Part shown: piece after piece, positions 16,588 to 31,701 of the stretch
How the letters are laid out: each line of letters starts with the position of its first letter
Numbering within the stretch: position 1 is the stretch's first letter
Made by a program: the position numbers and the translations under genes
DNA from: Eledone cirrhosa
Lineage: Eukaryota
Length of the DNA stretch: 64,000 nt
Assembly: GCA_964016885.1 (NCBI GenBank)
Contig: OZ024748.1
Span: 38,812,001-38,876,000, forward strand
Direction of reading: 5' to 3'
The notes under the pieces: model-generated
The model's database searches: none
The model's input: the letters and a program-made list of their open reading frames with translations, nothing else
What the model was told of the DNA's origin: nothing

Positions 16588-16674
<87 letters not shown>

Positions 16675-16735
16675 GTATATATGTTTATATATATATATGT
16701 GTGTGTGTGTATATATATATATAAATACATATACG

Positions 16736-16799
<64 letters not shown>

Positions 16800-16809
16800 C
16801 ATATATATC

Positions 16810-16975
16810 TTTCACCGTATTTTTGACACTAAAGGAATTTTAGCCTGATTATGGGGTTTAGAACCCTCAGATAAATGGAAAAAGATGATAAATGGAAAAA
16901 GATGAGCATTGACGTACTGAGGGTTCTAAACCCCATTATTAGGCTAAAATTCCTTTAGTCAAAAATACAGTGAAA
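16810..16975. repeat. Inverted repeat with arms of about 50 bp, between (TA)n tracts
   Basis: TTCACCGTATTTTTGAC...GAACCCTCAG pairs with CTGAGGGTTC...GTCAAAAATACAGTGAA. Confidence 0.85.
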
Positions 16976-17032
16976 ACTATTCTATTTTCTAATTTCAAAC
17001 CTGCTCAATGTTTCAAAACATACTTACTTGCC

Positions 17033-17118
<86 letters not shown>

Positions 17119-17215
17119 AGCGGGTGTAACTAAGAGTTACTTGCAGGTTCACCCGTGAGAGCACTTGAAGTTTAGGTTCACTTCTGTGATGAAGTGTAGA
17201 GCTATACAGAGTGTA

Positions 17216-17408
17216 ATATATTGAAAGGATAACAAGGACGATTGATTATTCCTTCATTGCATTTATTGATAGGTGACGCGCGTTTCGCCACTGATCAGCT
17301 CAAGGTTCGATCTATCGAACCTTGAGCTGATCAGTGGCGAAACGCGCGTCACCTATCAATAAATGCAATGAAGGAATAATCAATCGTCCTTGTTATCCTT
17401 TCAATATA
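17216..17408. mobile_element. Perfect palindrome of about 190 bp carrying an HHR 3' half (PLE-type terminal fold-back)
   Basis: Arms of about 95 bp around a 2-nt loop at about 17312. Each arm reads GAAAC-GCGC-GTC-ACCTATCAATAAA. The right end runs into (TA)n. Confidence 0.8.
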
Positions 17409-17447
17409 TATATATATATATACATACATATATACACATATATATAC

Positions 17448-17566
<119 letters not shown>

Positions 17567-17579
17567 CATATATATATAC

Positions 17580-17644
<65 letters not shown>

Positions 17645-17706
17645 CATATATGTATATATATATATGTATATATATATGTATTCATATACATATATGTATT
17701 TATTTG

Positions 17707-17756
<50 letters not shown>

Positions 17757-17809
17757 GCATATATGTATATATATATATATACATATATATATATGCATAT
17801 ATGTATATA

Positions 17810-17843
<34 letters not shown>

Positions 17844-18013
17844 CATAGATATATATATATATATACATACATATATATATATATACATATATATACATAT
17901 ATATAATGTATATATATATATGTATATATATATATGTATATATATATATATGATATATATATATGCATATATGTATATATATATATATACATATATATAT
18001 ATGCATATATGTA

Positions 18014-18044
<31 letters not shown>

Positions 18045-18079
18045 GCATATATGTATATACATATATATATATGCATATA

Positions 18080-18115
<36 letters not shown>

Positions 18116-18277
18116 CATAGATATATATATATACATACATATATATATATACATATATATACATATATATATGTATATATATATATGTATATATATATAT
18201 ATGTATATATATATATGTGCATATATATATGTATATATATGTGTATATATATATGTATATATATATATGTGTATATA

Positions 18278-18315
<38 letters not shown>

Positions 18316-18758
18316 CATATATGCATATATATATATGGAATAGAATGAAACGAAATTTCATTTCTCACTCTTAGCACGGCACTTACTTAAATGTAAGTAT
18401 GTATGTATGTACACGTACATACATATATATATATATACAGACGTACAGTAGTATGTATATGTATACATACACACATATACATATGCACGTATCGGTTTAC
18501 CGAACATTTATTATAATGTTCGGTTTGTTTGTTTGAATCAGCCAGATCCATACAATGATCATGTCTCGAGCTACCTGCGCGGCGAAACAATTGTAACACG
18601 CAATAAACTGAGTCCAGATGCATCACTGATTTTTCGTTTTCTTTATACTATCCACACTCTGCTCTGTATGAATAGTGAGTGCTAATTTTGGCATACCGCC
18701 TATGGAAGCACCATAGCTACCATTATACACACGAAAATATATATATGTATATAATATA

Positions 18759-18885
<127 letters not shown>

Positions 18886-18892
18886 ATAATAC

Positions 18893-18924
<32 letters not shown>

Positions 18925-19098
18925 AATACATATATATATACATACATATATATATAAATATATATACATATATATATATATACACACACACATATATATA
19001 TATAAACATATATAGATTTATATATATATATAAACATATATACATATATACATATATATATAGATTTATATATATATATAAACATATATACATATATA

Positions 19099-19568
<470 letters not shown>

Positions 19569-19780
19569 ATAATACATATATATATATATATATTATATAT
19601 ATATATAATACATATATATATACATACATATATATATAAATATATATACATATATATATATATACACACACACATATATATATATAAACATATATAGATT
19701 TATATATATATATAAACATATATACATATATACATATATATATAGATTTATATATATATATAAACATATATACATATATA

Positions 19781-19875
<95 letters not shown>

Positions 19876-19876
<1 letters not shown>

Positions 19877-20099
19877 ACGAAGGAAATGTGGTAAGGAACC
19901 AGGTGGGCCATAACGCACCAAATCACTCAATACTTAGGGTAGTAGAGTGGGTAATAGGAACAAGTAAGACCCCGACGGCTGAGCTCAAGCCGTCTCGACG
20001 GCTGAGCTCAAGCCGTTTCGACGGCTAATTCTGGACGCAATTCAGTCCAGAATTATCCGTCGAAACGGCTTGAGCTCAGCCGTCGGGGTCTTACTTGTT

Positions 20100-20104
<5 letters not shown>
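19876..20104 (-). mobile_element. F1 copy 2, part of a tandem duplication of about 685 bp
   Basis: Identical to 19192-19420, including the flanking microsatellite interruptions. Confidence 0.8.
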
Positions 20105-20192
<88 letters not shown>

Positions 20193-20233
20193 ATATATAT
20201 ATATATATATATAAACATATATATATATATATA

Positions 20234-20290
<57 letters not shown>

Positions 20291-20527
20291 ATATATACAT
20301 ATATATATATACATATATATACGGGGGCGGAGAAAATGCGGCGTAAATTAGATTGTTATTGTTGTGGCTTTTATTGCTATTTCTGTTGAGGAATGGTAAA
20401 AGATTCAGTAAAGTGAAACTGTCTCTCAATTGATAAACTGGGGTTGATGTTCTTCAATTAACCCTACCCGAAACGACGGTTTAGCCTGGAGTAGTAGTAG
20501 TAGTAGTAGTAATGGTAGTAGTAATAC

Positions 20528-20575
<48 letters not shown>

Positions 20576-20580
20576 TAGTG

Positions 20581-20613
<33 letters not shown>

Positions 20614-20786
20614 ATGGTAGTAGTAATACTGGTAGTAGTAGTAGTAGTAGTAATGGTAGTAGTAATACTGGTAGTAGTAGTAGTGGTAGTAGTAGTAGTA
20701 GTGGTAATGGTAGTGGTAGTAGTAGAAGTAGCTGTGGTAGTGTTTTTTGGGTGATGGTGGCGGTTGGGAACGTGGTGTTGGTGATG

Positions 20787-20871
<85 letters not shown>

Positions 20872-21177
20872 GTTGCTTGTGGTGTTGGTGTTGGTATTGC
20901 TAGTGGTGATGATGATGGTGTTGGTAATGGTGTTGCTAGTGGTGATGGTGTTGGTGATGATGTTGGTAGTGGTGATGGTGTTGGTGTTGCTAATGGTGAT
21001 GGAAGAAAGGTTTGGTTTTGGTGACGTAATAATGCATAATTTCTCTCATTTTCATATCTCATTGTGACATCTTAATGTTATATCTTATTGTTATATGATA
21101 GTGTCATAGCTTGTCATATCTTATTGTCATATCTTAATATCATATCTTATTGTCATATCTTAATATCATATCTTATT

Positions 21178-21365
21178 GTGGATTGACAGTATTGGTAGAG
21201 TGTCGGATGCCATGCTTTGGCGCATAGAGTTACGGCCCTTGCCATTCTGAGTTCAAATCCCGCCGAGGTTAACTTTGCCTTTCATCCTTACGGGGTCGAT
21301 AAAATAAAGTACCAGTAATACACTGGGTATTTGCTGGCCTTGTGCCTAACGTAGAAACAATTATT
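21178..21365 (+). mobile_element. Nin/Deu-type SINE inserted in a 13/26-bp AT-rich tandem array (21060-21630)
   Basis: Full head (TGGTAGAG...GAGTTCAAATCCC), core and tail. Confidence 0.85.
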
Positions 21366-21643
21366 TTATCTTAATGTCATATCTTATTATTATATCATAA
21401 TGTCATATCTTATTATTATATCTTAATGTCATATCTTATTATTATATCATAATGTCATATCTTATTATTATATCTTAATGTCATATCTTATTATTATATC
21501 ATAATGTCATATCTTATTATTATATCTTAATGTCATATCTTATTATTATATCATAATGTCATATCTTATTATTATATCTTAATGTCATATCTTATTATTA
21601 TATCATAATATCATATCTTAATATCATATCTTGTCTTTTACAG

Positions 21644-21671
21644 ATGTCTGTGATGGTCGGATTATCAACAG
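21644..21671 (+). CDS. Candidate 28-nt upstream exon of the VWA gene (MSVMVGLST-G)
   Basis: TTGTCTTTTACAG acceptor and CAG|GTCAGT donor. It ends in phase 1 and joins in frame to the exon at 23456 (G+GA). No independent support. Confidence 0.35.
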
Positions 21672-21719
21672 GTCAGTACACATCCTTACATATTTATACC
21701 TTTTGACTTCTCTCTCTCT

Positions 21720-21778
<59 letters not shown>

Positions 21779-22035
21779 ATACTTGGGGAGGGTCATATTT
21801 GTGTAATATTGCCAGAATTAATAACAGAAAACACTCACTGTTTGGTTGGTTTTCTCTTCTCACTGTATTTTATATCTGTAATCTAGCTTAGTCGGTACTC
21901 AATGTTGCCATTGACTGACCGACGGTCAAAAATAATACAGATACAATATAGACACAAACACATATATATAGTTTGCATAATTTACATAAATCTTTCGTTG
22001 CACATCTGCATATATATATATATATATATATATAT

Positions 22036-23240
22036 GAATAACGTGGTCCTTCATCAGTGATCTTCCAACCATCATCGATATTTCTTCGCTTTAAAGACCA
22101 TATACCTCCGGTTGGTGCGAGCAACGGCTAAAGAAAGTCGTTGGGACATGTAAATAAAGGGAACAGCAAGAGTGTAAACAAACAAAGATGGTGAAGCCAC
22201 GAAAAGTGAGGAAGAACGAGTCAAGTCCCAAATTTACATGAATATAAGTTCGGTGAAATCGTGAACGAGAGAGAATAAAGACCATCAAACCTGGTTGGAA
22301 TGTGAGCAAGGAAGGAATTCCGTACAGGTCTAACGGGAGGAAGAAGGAATCTAGTCTGTGAATTCGGTGAACATAAGTTCTGTGAAATCGTAGACGAGAG
22401 AGAGAAAAAATGCCGACCGGCCTGGCCAAGCGTGCGAAAGAAAAGAATTACGCACAGGTCAAACGGGAAGTATATGGTCTTTAAACCGGAGGTATATGGT
22501 CTTTAAAGCGAAGAAATACCGATGATGGTTGGAAGATCACTGATGAAGGACCACTTTATTCATATGTAACCCATTTGCAACTCCGCAGCACGTTTATTCT
22601 CATATTTACACATATTTTTTTCTCCCGCTATGACCCGTCTATTTCGTTCTTACTGCTTCCTCTTTCTCTGTATCTTTACCCTCTCTAACAGTCACTCTCT
22701 CTGTTAGCCTCTTCCTCACCCTTCACTCACTCACTCTCTGTTACTACCTTTCCTCCTCCTCCTTCTTCCCGTTTGACCTGTGCGTAATTCTTTTCTTTCG
22801 CACGCTTGGCCAGGCCGGTCGGCATTTTTTCTCTCTCTCGTCTACGATTTCACAGAACTTATGTTTACCGAATTCATAGACTAGACCCCTTCTTCCTCCC
22901 GTTAGACCTGTGCGAAATTACTTCCTTGCTCACATTTCAACCAGGTTTGATGGTCTTTATTCTCTCTCGTTCACGATTTCACCCAACTCATATTCATGGA
23001 AATGTTTGGACTTGACTCGCTCTTCCTCACTTTTCGTTGCTTCACCATCTTTGTTTGTTTACACTCTCGCTGTTCCCTTTATTTACATGTCCCAACGACT
23101 TTCTTTAGCCGTTGCTCGCACCAACCGGAAGTATATGGTCTTTAAAGCGAAGAAATACCGATGATGGTTGGAAGATCACTGATGAAGGACCACTTTATTC
23201 ATATGTAACCCATTTGCAACTCCGCAGCACATTTATTCTC
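22036..23240 (+). mobile_element. Non-coding element with an inverted 5' copy and duplicated tail (PLE-like architecture)
   Basis: 22036-22470 is the reverse complement of about 22765-23203. The tail at about 22490-22605 repeats at about 23128-23240. (TA)n at both ends. Confidence 0.6.
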
Positions 23241-23252
23241 ATATATATATAT

Positions 23253-23360
23253 AGGCTACTGGTCAAGCTAAGGCTATAGTTTAAGCTACTTGCCCAAAGT
23301 GCTACGAAGTGGGATTGAACCGCATTTTACGGAACGAAATCCCTAACCACACAGCCGTAT
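23253..23360 (-). mobile_element. CORE-type tRNA-derived SINE fragment
   Basis: Minus strand: GGCTGTGTGGTTAG...GGTTCAATCCCAC...CACTTTGGGCAAGT...ACTATAGCC. Confidence 0.6.
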
Positions 23361-23455
23361 CTACACCTATTGGTCATAAAGTTTTAGTTTTGATTTAATA
23401 TAAATGTAGTCACATGTGTTTCATTTTGTTTTATTTCTACATGTCTTTCTTGCAG

Positions 23456-24037
23456 GACTTTCATGTGGCAAACAAGGAGCAGACATTGTCTTCGCTTTAG
23501 ATGCTTCATACAGCATTTGGCCGCTTCATTTCAAGAAACAGCTACAATTCGTCGTAAATGTCGTTGACCAATTCCCTATTGGAACCAAACAGAGTGATTT
23601 CCACGTTGCCGTGGTAACGTACAGTGAAAATATCACCGTACAATTTAATTTACGTGACTTCTTCCACAAGGACCAATTAAAGAGGGCCGTTATGCGAATC
23701 ACTCAATATTCCCCCGGGGGAACTTACACTCACAAGGCCATTGAATACATACGGCGACAGATGTTCACTATCCGAAATGGAGGACGAACCTACTCCGATA
23801 AAATCGTGGTTGTCATTACAGACGGATTATCGCAGGACCCTAAATCAACAAGAATGGAAGCGGCACGAGCACATTACGAAGGGATTCAAATTTTTGCTAT
23901 TGGGGTCGGAGCAGGGGTTGACAAACATGAACTAGAGTTTATAGCCTCGTCACCACCTCGGAATCACGTGTTTACAGTAGATAACTACCCCTTTCTTAAT
24001 TCCATTAAACGGAAGGTTGCCAGAGAAACATGCAAAG
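23456..24037 (+). CDS. VWA-domain exon 1 of a multi-VWA extracellular-matrix protein (matrilin/collagen VI-XII-like)
   Basis: TTTCTTGCAG acceptor, AAAG|GTGAGT donor, 582 nt, phase 1/1. Motifs [11 protein letters not shown] (MIDAS DxSxS), GGTYT, VITDG, IFAIGVG, with flanking Cys. Confidence 0.93.
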
Positions 24038-24084
24038 GTGAGTATATATCGTGAGGTTGTATATATATATATATACGCCCACAC

Positions 24085-24147
<63 letters not shown>

Positions 24148-24322
24148 CTCTGACTTCTTCAACGGAAACTTCAACACTTATATATATATATATATATATA
24201 TATAAAGATATATGTATATATATATATACATATATCTTTATATATATATATATATATATATACATATATTTGTAGATATGTATGTATATATATGTATATA
24301 CATATATTTGTAGATATGTATG

Positions 24323-24372
<50 letters not shown>

Positions 24373-24377
24373 CATGT

Positions 24378-24557
24378 AATAATTGTTTCTACATTTGGCA
24401 CAAGGCCAGCAATTACCCAGTGCATTACTGGTACTTTATTTTATCGACCCCATAAGGATGAAAGGCAAAGTTAACCTCGGCAGGATTTGAACTCAGATCG
24501 TAAGGGGGCGTAACTATGCTGGAAAGCATGTCCGACTCTCTACCGATACTGCCAATA
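24378..24557 (-). mobile_element. Nin/Deu-type SINE
   Basis: Reverse-complement copy of the family. Confidence 0.85.
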
Positions 24558-25010
24558 TTATTTATAGTTATATATACAGTATATACAACTATAAATAGGA
24601 AAGGTCAGTAATTTATTACTACCTTATTATCAGTAGAATGAGTACTCAATACCAAAGTAGGGTTCAATAATATCCTTTGATTCTGACTAAGTTATGAGTC
24701 TTGTTACTCTGGAGTTTCCCCTGTTAGACAAGAGTCATCACTTAGCTATAATAAAAACATATATATATAATTCTAAATTAAGATATATGTATATATATAT
24801 ATAGTGAGAGATAGGACTATATATCGAGAATACACAATATTTTGTATATATACAAAGCACATATTTCAAAGACAATATATATATAATGTAGAAGGTGAGT
24901 AATATTTTAGAACAATAAATCTATGCATATATCAGTAGCACTCAACAGTTGGTAGAACTGGAGTATATATAATAAAGAAGAAATTAAAACATGGTTAAAA
25001 GAGTTCCATA

Positions 25011-25080
25011 TATTTTATTATGCGCATTTCGAATACAAAATCATCCTGGGACAAAAATTGTGTTTTCATCAGATAAAATA
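25011..25080 (-). ncRNA. Type I minimal hammerhead ribozyme (inverted pLTR copy)
   Basis: Minus strand: TATTTTAT-CTGATGA-stem II-GAAA-TGCGCA-TA-ATAAAATA. Confidence 0.8.
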
Positions 25081-26705
25081 AGGTAACATGATATGAGGTA
25101 TAATAGCACTTATTTACAGGAAAGTACTAAGTCTACATATGACAGAAATATAGGTGTTAATACTATAGTAAGAAATAGATAGGAAAATAGAAAAAAAGGA
25201 AAGAAGAGGAGAAAAAGGAAAACGAAAGAGAAGAAAGGAAAAAAAGAAGAAAAAAAGGAAGCGAGAGAGAGAGAGACTTTTGATGTCAATGTAAACTCTA
25301 GACAAAATAACACAAGTATAAATACGTCAAAATTAACTTTGAGGAATGCATCAAATAGTAATGTAAATCTGGAAACTTTAGCACCTCCTTTAGTTAATTC
25401 CACCACTCCAGTTCCTAATATAATTAATCCTGGGCCACTTGCAAATAACTCTGTAAATAATCTTAATCGTAAATGCAACTGCCTTATTAGAACTAATTGT
25501 CCTCTTAGTAATTTCTGTCTCGATAAAAACCTAGTATACGAATGTAAAGTGGTAACTAGTACCAATTCCTATACCTACATTGGCTCTACTTCTACCTCCT
25601 TTAAAACAAAATTCTATAATCATTCTTCTACATTTAAATCTCCACTTAAAAGGACCAGCACCGCACTCTCAGAACTTATTTGGTCCCTAAAAGACAAAAA
25701 CATAAATTACGAAATTTCTTGGCGTAAAATCTACAACGCATCTCCATACTCCAATGCTTCCATATCTAGTGTTTGTAATTTATGTCTAGTTGAAAAATTT
25801 ACCATTATCTCGAATTTCAACACAATAATAAATCGAAGAAGCGATTTATTTGGACTTTGTAATCATAAATCCTACAAGACCTTTCACAAAGTATATAGCT
25901 GATGTCCTATAACATATTCCATGAGTCACGGTTATCTTTACACATCTTTCATTATACTCTACAATGTGTTAATTTGGTTTTCACATATTAAACCCTTTTC
26001 ATATATTAAACCCTTGATCTTTTTTTCTATAGCCTTAGATTTTCGCTCAAACCTTCGTAGATTTTGTAAACAAATTATGACGTCATGTTTTTCTACGTTT
26101 ATAAATCTTTCTAGCAATTTCCTTTATTTACTTGTTGATATAAAATAATAATTAAATAGTATACCCCACATATATAGATTTTTACTTGAAATTATTAATT
26201 TTGACATAGATAGACTATTTTTATTTTATTTTATAAAAATATTTTTTATATTTATTTTATTTTATTTTATTTTATTAATACATTTTTACACTTCTTAATC
26301 CTATTTTTAGTATTTAAACCCAATATAAAATAATATAGCCAGTTTCTATATTTAGACCTCTCATATTTGAATACCATCTATAATATTCGCACATACACCT
26401 CATCAATTTACTTTTTAACCGTTATTTACAGGTGTTTTCATTTTGACAGCGTTCCTGATCAAAAGTTTCTCTCTCTCTTTTTTTTCTTTCTCTCTCTCTC
26501 TCTCCCTCTTTCTCTCTCTCTCTCTCTTCCTTTTTTTCTTCTTTTTTCCTTTCTTCTCTTTCTTTTTCTTTTTTCTCCTCTTCTTTCCTTTTCTTCTATT
26601 TTCCTATCTATTTCTTGCTATAGTATTAACACCTATATTTCTGTCATATGTAGACTTAGCACTTTCCTGTAAACAAGTGCTATTATACCTCATATCATTT
26701 TACCT

Positions 26706-26775
26706 TATTTTATCTGATGAGAACACAATTTTTGTCTCAGGATGATTTTGTATTCGAAATGCGCATAATAAAATA
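26706..26775 (+). ncRNA. Type I minimal hammerhead ribozyme (3' pLTR)
   Basis: TATTTTAT-CTGATGA-GAACACAA...TTGTATTC-GAAA-TGCGCA-TA-ATAAAATA. Perfect 8-bp stem I and palindromic stem III (ATGCGCAT). Predicted cut after 26767. Confidence 0.88.
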
Positions 26776-26877
26776 TATGGAACTCTTTTAACCATCTTTC
26801 AATTTCTTTATTATATATATATATATATATATACAAACACACATACACACACGCGCGCGCACGCACACGCACGCACG

Positions 26878-26991
<114 letters not shown>

Positions 26992-27322
26992 TATGCTCTA
27001 CATACCCTCAGAAACGAGAAAAAGCCAGAACTGACAGTAAAATCAGTTATATGTAACCTTTGTTATTTGAACCAGAATAGTTCATATTTCTAGTTTACTG
27101 TTACTAATTAATCGTCCTGACTTCTTCCACAACAAACCTGACATCGCCTAACATTTAAGTACAAATGTAAGTCTAAACTGATCGATCATATCGTGTAAGG
27201 CGAATCTCGACTTGTCATTTCTGGTCCAACTTAATATTTCACTATTTCATTACATAACGTAGAAAGTAACCTGAATCATCACATTAGACAAGGGCGTATA
27301 AAAGAGGGGTAGGTGGGGGCGG

Positions 27323-27486
27323 GTCAAGCGGTACATTGGCCTGAGTCCCAGAGGACCAGTGGGGGAGGGTGGGGCGTCAAGCGGTACATTGGCCTGAGTC
27401 CCAGAGGACCAGTGGGGGAGGGTGGGGCGTCAAGCGGTACATTGGCCTGAGTCCCAGAGGGCCAGTGAGGGAGGGTGGGGCGTCAA
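27323..27486. repeat. 53-bp G-rich tandem repeat, 3 copies
   Basis: GTCAAGCGGTACATTGGCC... at 27323, 27376 and 27429. Confidence 0.9.
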
Positions 27487-27565
27487 TATTTGACGCCTCC
27501 ACCTAAACAGAAAATGTAAAACCAGCTCTGTGGGGTTCTCTATTATCATGTTATTTATAAAATAC

Positions 27566-27775
27566 GGGCGGTGGACTGGCAGTACTCGGTAGAGCGTCGA
27601 ACAACATGCTTTGCAGCATAAAGTTACGTCCCTTTACGTTTTGATTTCAAATTCCGCCGAGGTTAACTTTTCCTTTCATCCTTACGAGGTCGATAATATA
27701 AAGTACCAGTAATACACTGAGGTTGATTTAATCTACTTTCACCATCCCCTAAAATTGCTGATCTTGTGTCTAAGT
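27566..27775 (+). mobile_element. Nin/Deu-type SINE
   Basis: Head, core and tail are recognisable. Confidence 0.8.
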
Positions 27776-28217
27776 CACAGTTAAGACGCGTGTTATACTA
27801 CAACACACAGATTTAAGCAAGTAGTTACGACGTCTGTCTCAAAACATACATATTACACTATACACACGCACACACATATATTACATTACATCACACACAT
27901 ACATACATACATATTACACTACATGACACACACACACACTACACACATACACACACACTATACACACACACACACATATTACATTACATCACACACATAC
28001 ATACATATTACACTACATCACACACACACTATACACACACACACACACATACATACATATTACACTACATCACACACACACGACACACACTACACACACA
28101 CACACACATACATACATACATATTACACTACACCACACACACACACACTACACACACACACACACATACATATATATAAACAACTGTTAGTTTTAACTTT
28201 ATAATTCTTTGTTTCAG

Positions 28218-28292
28218 TTCCAATCAGGCGAGAAAAACCCAGAAGTGATATCGATCCTTCGATAGTCTATGCTAAGAAGAAACTAACAAAAA
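28218..28292 (+). CDS. 75-nt linker micro-exon (VPIRREKPRSDIDPSIVYAKKKLTK) of the VWA gene
   Basis: TTCTTTGTTTCAG acceptor and AAA|GTAAGA donor. Phase 1/1, stop-free, joins VWA1 to VWA2 in frame. Confidence 0.75.
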
Positions 28293-28525
28293 GTAAGAGA
28301 TCCCATTTATATCCAGTACCCTCTTTTGATGCTATATATATTTCGTTTCTGCCCTTCCTGTTAACTCTTCTCTGTCTTTTTCAATTCTCTTTAATTTTTC
28401 ATTCTATTTTCTGATGAAAGACTAGTGTCCGAGACATTAAGATTCTTTTCATACAACATCAAGCGTAAAATGATATATTTCTTCATTGTACTGTGCTGTT
28501 TGCTTTGTTATTTCTATTTACTTCT

Positions 28526-28627
<102 letters not shown>

Positions 28628-28673
28628 TATATGTATATATATATATGTATATGTATATGTATATATATATATG

Positions 28674-28728
<55 letters not shown>

Positions 28729-28813
28729 GCGTAGAGCGAATTTTTATTATATGTACAGATTAAAGTTTAAGCAAAGAATCACTGCTTTTACACTTCTACG
28801 GGATCTTCTGAAA

Positions 28814-28852
<39 letters not shown>

Positions 28853-28853
28853 A

Positions 28854-29130
<277 letters not shown>

Positions 29131-29137
29131 ATATATA

Positions 29138-29173
<36 letters not shown>

Positions 29174-29398
29174 GAGAGAGGGGGAGAGACACTACAGGTA
29201 TATTATGTACCTGTATTACTAAGTAACAATACCTATTTACAGTATTGCTCTCTTAATTAAAATGGCTGACGTTTCTCATTTTCAAAGTCTTTTTTTCATC
29301 TTTGAACAGAAAATAATCGTATTTTTTTATTTGTTGCTTTATTTTAATTGTTCTGATTTTTTTAATTCATTTATTCTTTGCCTTTTTGTTGTTTTTCT

Positions 29399-29523
<125 letters not shown>

Positions 29524-30019
29524 TCCCCTCTCCCCCCTCCTCCCTCTCTCTATATGTAATCTACCAGTCCTAATTACAACTAAACGACTGTTTTGAGAAC
29601 ATAATTAACTGTTATACGCCACAAACTGAATGAAAACCAAGTCTTTTGTGTTTCTCTATTTTCATCTCCACCTTTTACATTTTTCTTTCAAACCAGTTCT
29701 TATTTAAGACTAGAAACAGACAGAGAGAGAGACAGAGAGAGAGATAGAGAGAGAGATAGACAGAGTGACAGACAGAGAGAGAGATAGACAGAGTGACAGA
29801 CAGACAGATAGACTGACATACAGAGTGACAGACAGAGTGACAGACAGACAGATAGACTGACATACAGAGTGACAGACAGAGTGACAGACAGACAGCTAGA
29901 CAGACACGCAGGCCGAGACAGAATAGGAGACCTAATTATAGACAAGTCTGGGAATATTTATAAAATGTTATTGACAAAAATATGACACAAGTAAATGTAA
30001 AGACCAAGTTTTCGGTGAG

Positions 30020-30508
30020 ATGATATTGATCCCTGTACTGATGATATTGATCCCTGTACTGATGATACTGATCTCTGTACTGATCACTGTACTGATGATA
30101 CTGATCTCTGTACTGATCCCTGTACTGATGATACTGATCTCTGTACTGATCTCTGTACTGATCCCTGTACTGATGATACTGATCCCTGTACTGATCTCTG
30201 TACAGATCCCTATACTGATGTACTGATCCCTGTACTGATGATACTGATCTCTGTACTGATCTCTGTACTGATGATACTGATGTACTGATGTACTGATCCC
30301 TGTACTGATCTCTGTACAGATCCCTGTACTGATGATACTGATCTCTGTACTGATCTCTGTAGAGATCCCTGTACTGATGATACTGATCTATGTACTGATC
30401 CCTGTACTGATGATACTGATCTCTGTACTGATCCCTATACTGATGATACTGATCTCTGTACTGATGTACTGATCCCTGTACTGATCTTTGTACTGATGAT
30501 ACTGATTT
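30020..30508. repeat. 12/9-bp tandem repeat TACTGATCTCTG / TACTGATGA
   Basis: Direct reading. Confidence 0.9.
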
Positions 30509-30870
30509 ATGATTTAGGCACAAGACCTACAATTTGGGGGAAGGAAAGGTCGATTAAATCGACCCCCAGTGTATTACTGGAACTTAACTGTATCGACCAC
30601 GTAAGGATGAAAGGCAAAGCTTACCTCGGCGAAATTTGAACTCAGAATGTAAGGGGACGTAACTCTATGCTGCGAAGTATTGTGTCCGACGCTCTACCAA
30701 TACTGCCAATCCACCAATAATATAATACGACCCTTTGCATTTTGAGTTCAAATCCCACCGAGATCAATTTAACATTTCATCCTTACAGGGTCGTAAAAAT
30801 AAAGTACCAGTAACGCACTGGGGTCGATTTATTTAACTTCCCCCTCCCTCAAGATTGTTAACCTTGTGGA
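30505..30870. mobile_element. Two divergent Nin/Deu-type SINEs (minus about 30505-30715; plus about 30728-30870)
   Basis: The core is present in both orientations. Confidence 0.8.
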
Positions 30871-31499
30871 TGAACATCAGAAACCAATTGTTAGCCATTA
30901 CAAGGGCCAAGGCTGAGCAGACGACATTACAGAGACTAATAACAAACATTTAGGGGTTTTAATATGATATAGTAATGGAACTGGAAGGAACCCCCCACCT
31001 CCCAATAAAGGAAATAACCCCCCCCCCCCGGTTATTCTAAACCCTACACCCCCACACCCACACCCCCGGGGTTATTCTAAACCCTACACCCCCGCGTTAT
31101 TCTAAACCCTACACAACGCGGGTTATTCTAAACCTTACACCCCACCCATCCCACCCCGGTTATTCTAAACCCTACACCCCTCCCCCGGGTTATTCTAAAC
31201 CCCACCCCCCACCGACACACCCGGGTTATTCTAAACCCTATCCCTGGGTTATTCTTACTACTAAAATATTTAATAATATATATTAACAGCATGTTTTCTA
31301 TATGATTTCCTTATTTTGCAAATCTTCATAATTCTATAATTCCAGTCTTTGTTATTAATCTTTTTATTTTACTTTATGGATGTTGGTGTTGTGTTTGTTT
31401 ATTGGTTTTATCTATTTATTGATTTTTTTGTTTATTTATTTATTTTCATTTCGTCTCCTTCTATAACAAAAATTGCATATTTAGATAACAACCCATTGT

Positions 31500-31576
<77 letters not shown>

Positions 31577-31605
31577 TATTAGGAAAATCTGCTTCGTAGA
31601 ATCAA

Positions 31606-31701
31606 GACGTATCTGAGGACCTTGCGATTTTCAGAGTCAGGTTCGATCATCACACCGATCGTGCCTCGAGCTGGTCGCCAGAGAAACGATTGTAATATGT
31701 C
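31606..31701 (+). ncRNA. Type I hammerhead ribozyme with extended stem II, in a (TA)n-flanked PLE-type terminus (about 31580-31828)
   Basis: GACGTAT-CTGAGGA-[GCGATT...GGTCGC]-GAAAC-GATT-GTA-ATATGTC. 7-bp stem I, GUA triplet, AATAAA just downstream. A related 3' half lies at about 18560-18725. Confidence 0.8.

Larger units (their letters stand above)
24964..26815 (+). mobile_element. 5'-truncated Penelope-like element (Naiad/Chlamys-like GIY-YIG) with an inverted 5' pseudo-LTR
   Basis: ORF 25339..25902: CNC..CPL..CL..NLVY..YIG.T..FK..H..T.LSELIW.LK..CNLCLVEK..NRRS..CNH. The segment at about 24964-25283 is an inverted copy of about 26457-26815, and each carries an HHR. The clade call is from motif recall only. 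Confidence 0.85.

Noticed and set aside
23150-23192. SECIS-like or HHR-like ATGA...TGA motif
   Set aside because: The helix is too short for a SECIS, and there is no GAAA/UH arm for a hammerhead.
31030-31255. GGTTATTCTAAACCCTACAC repeats with variable spacers, superficially CRISPR-like
   Set aside because: The spacers are short C-rich slippage variants, there are no cas genes, and the context is eukaryotic. It is a minisatellite.
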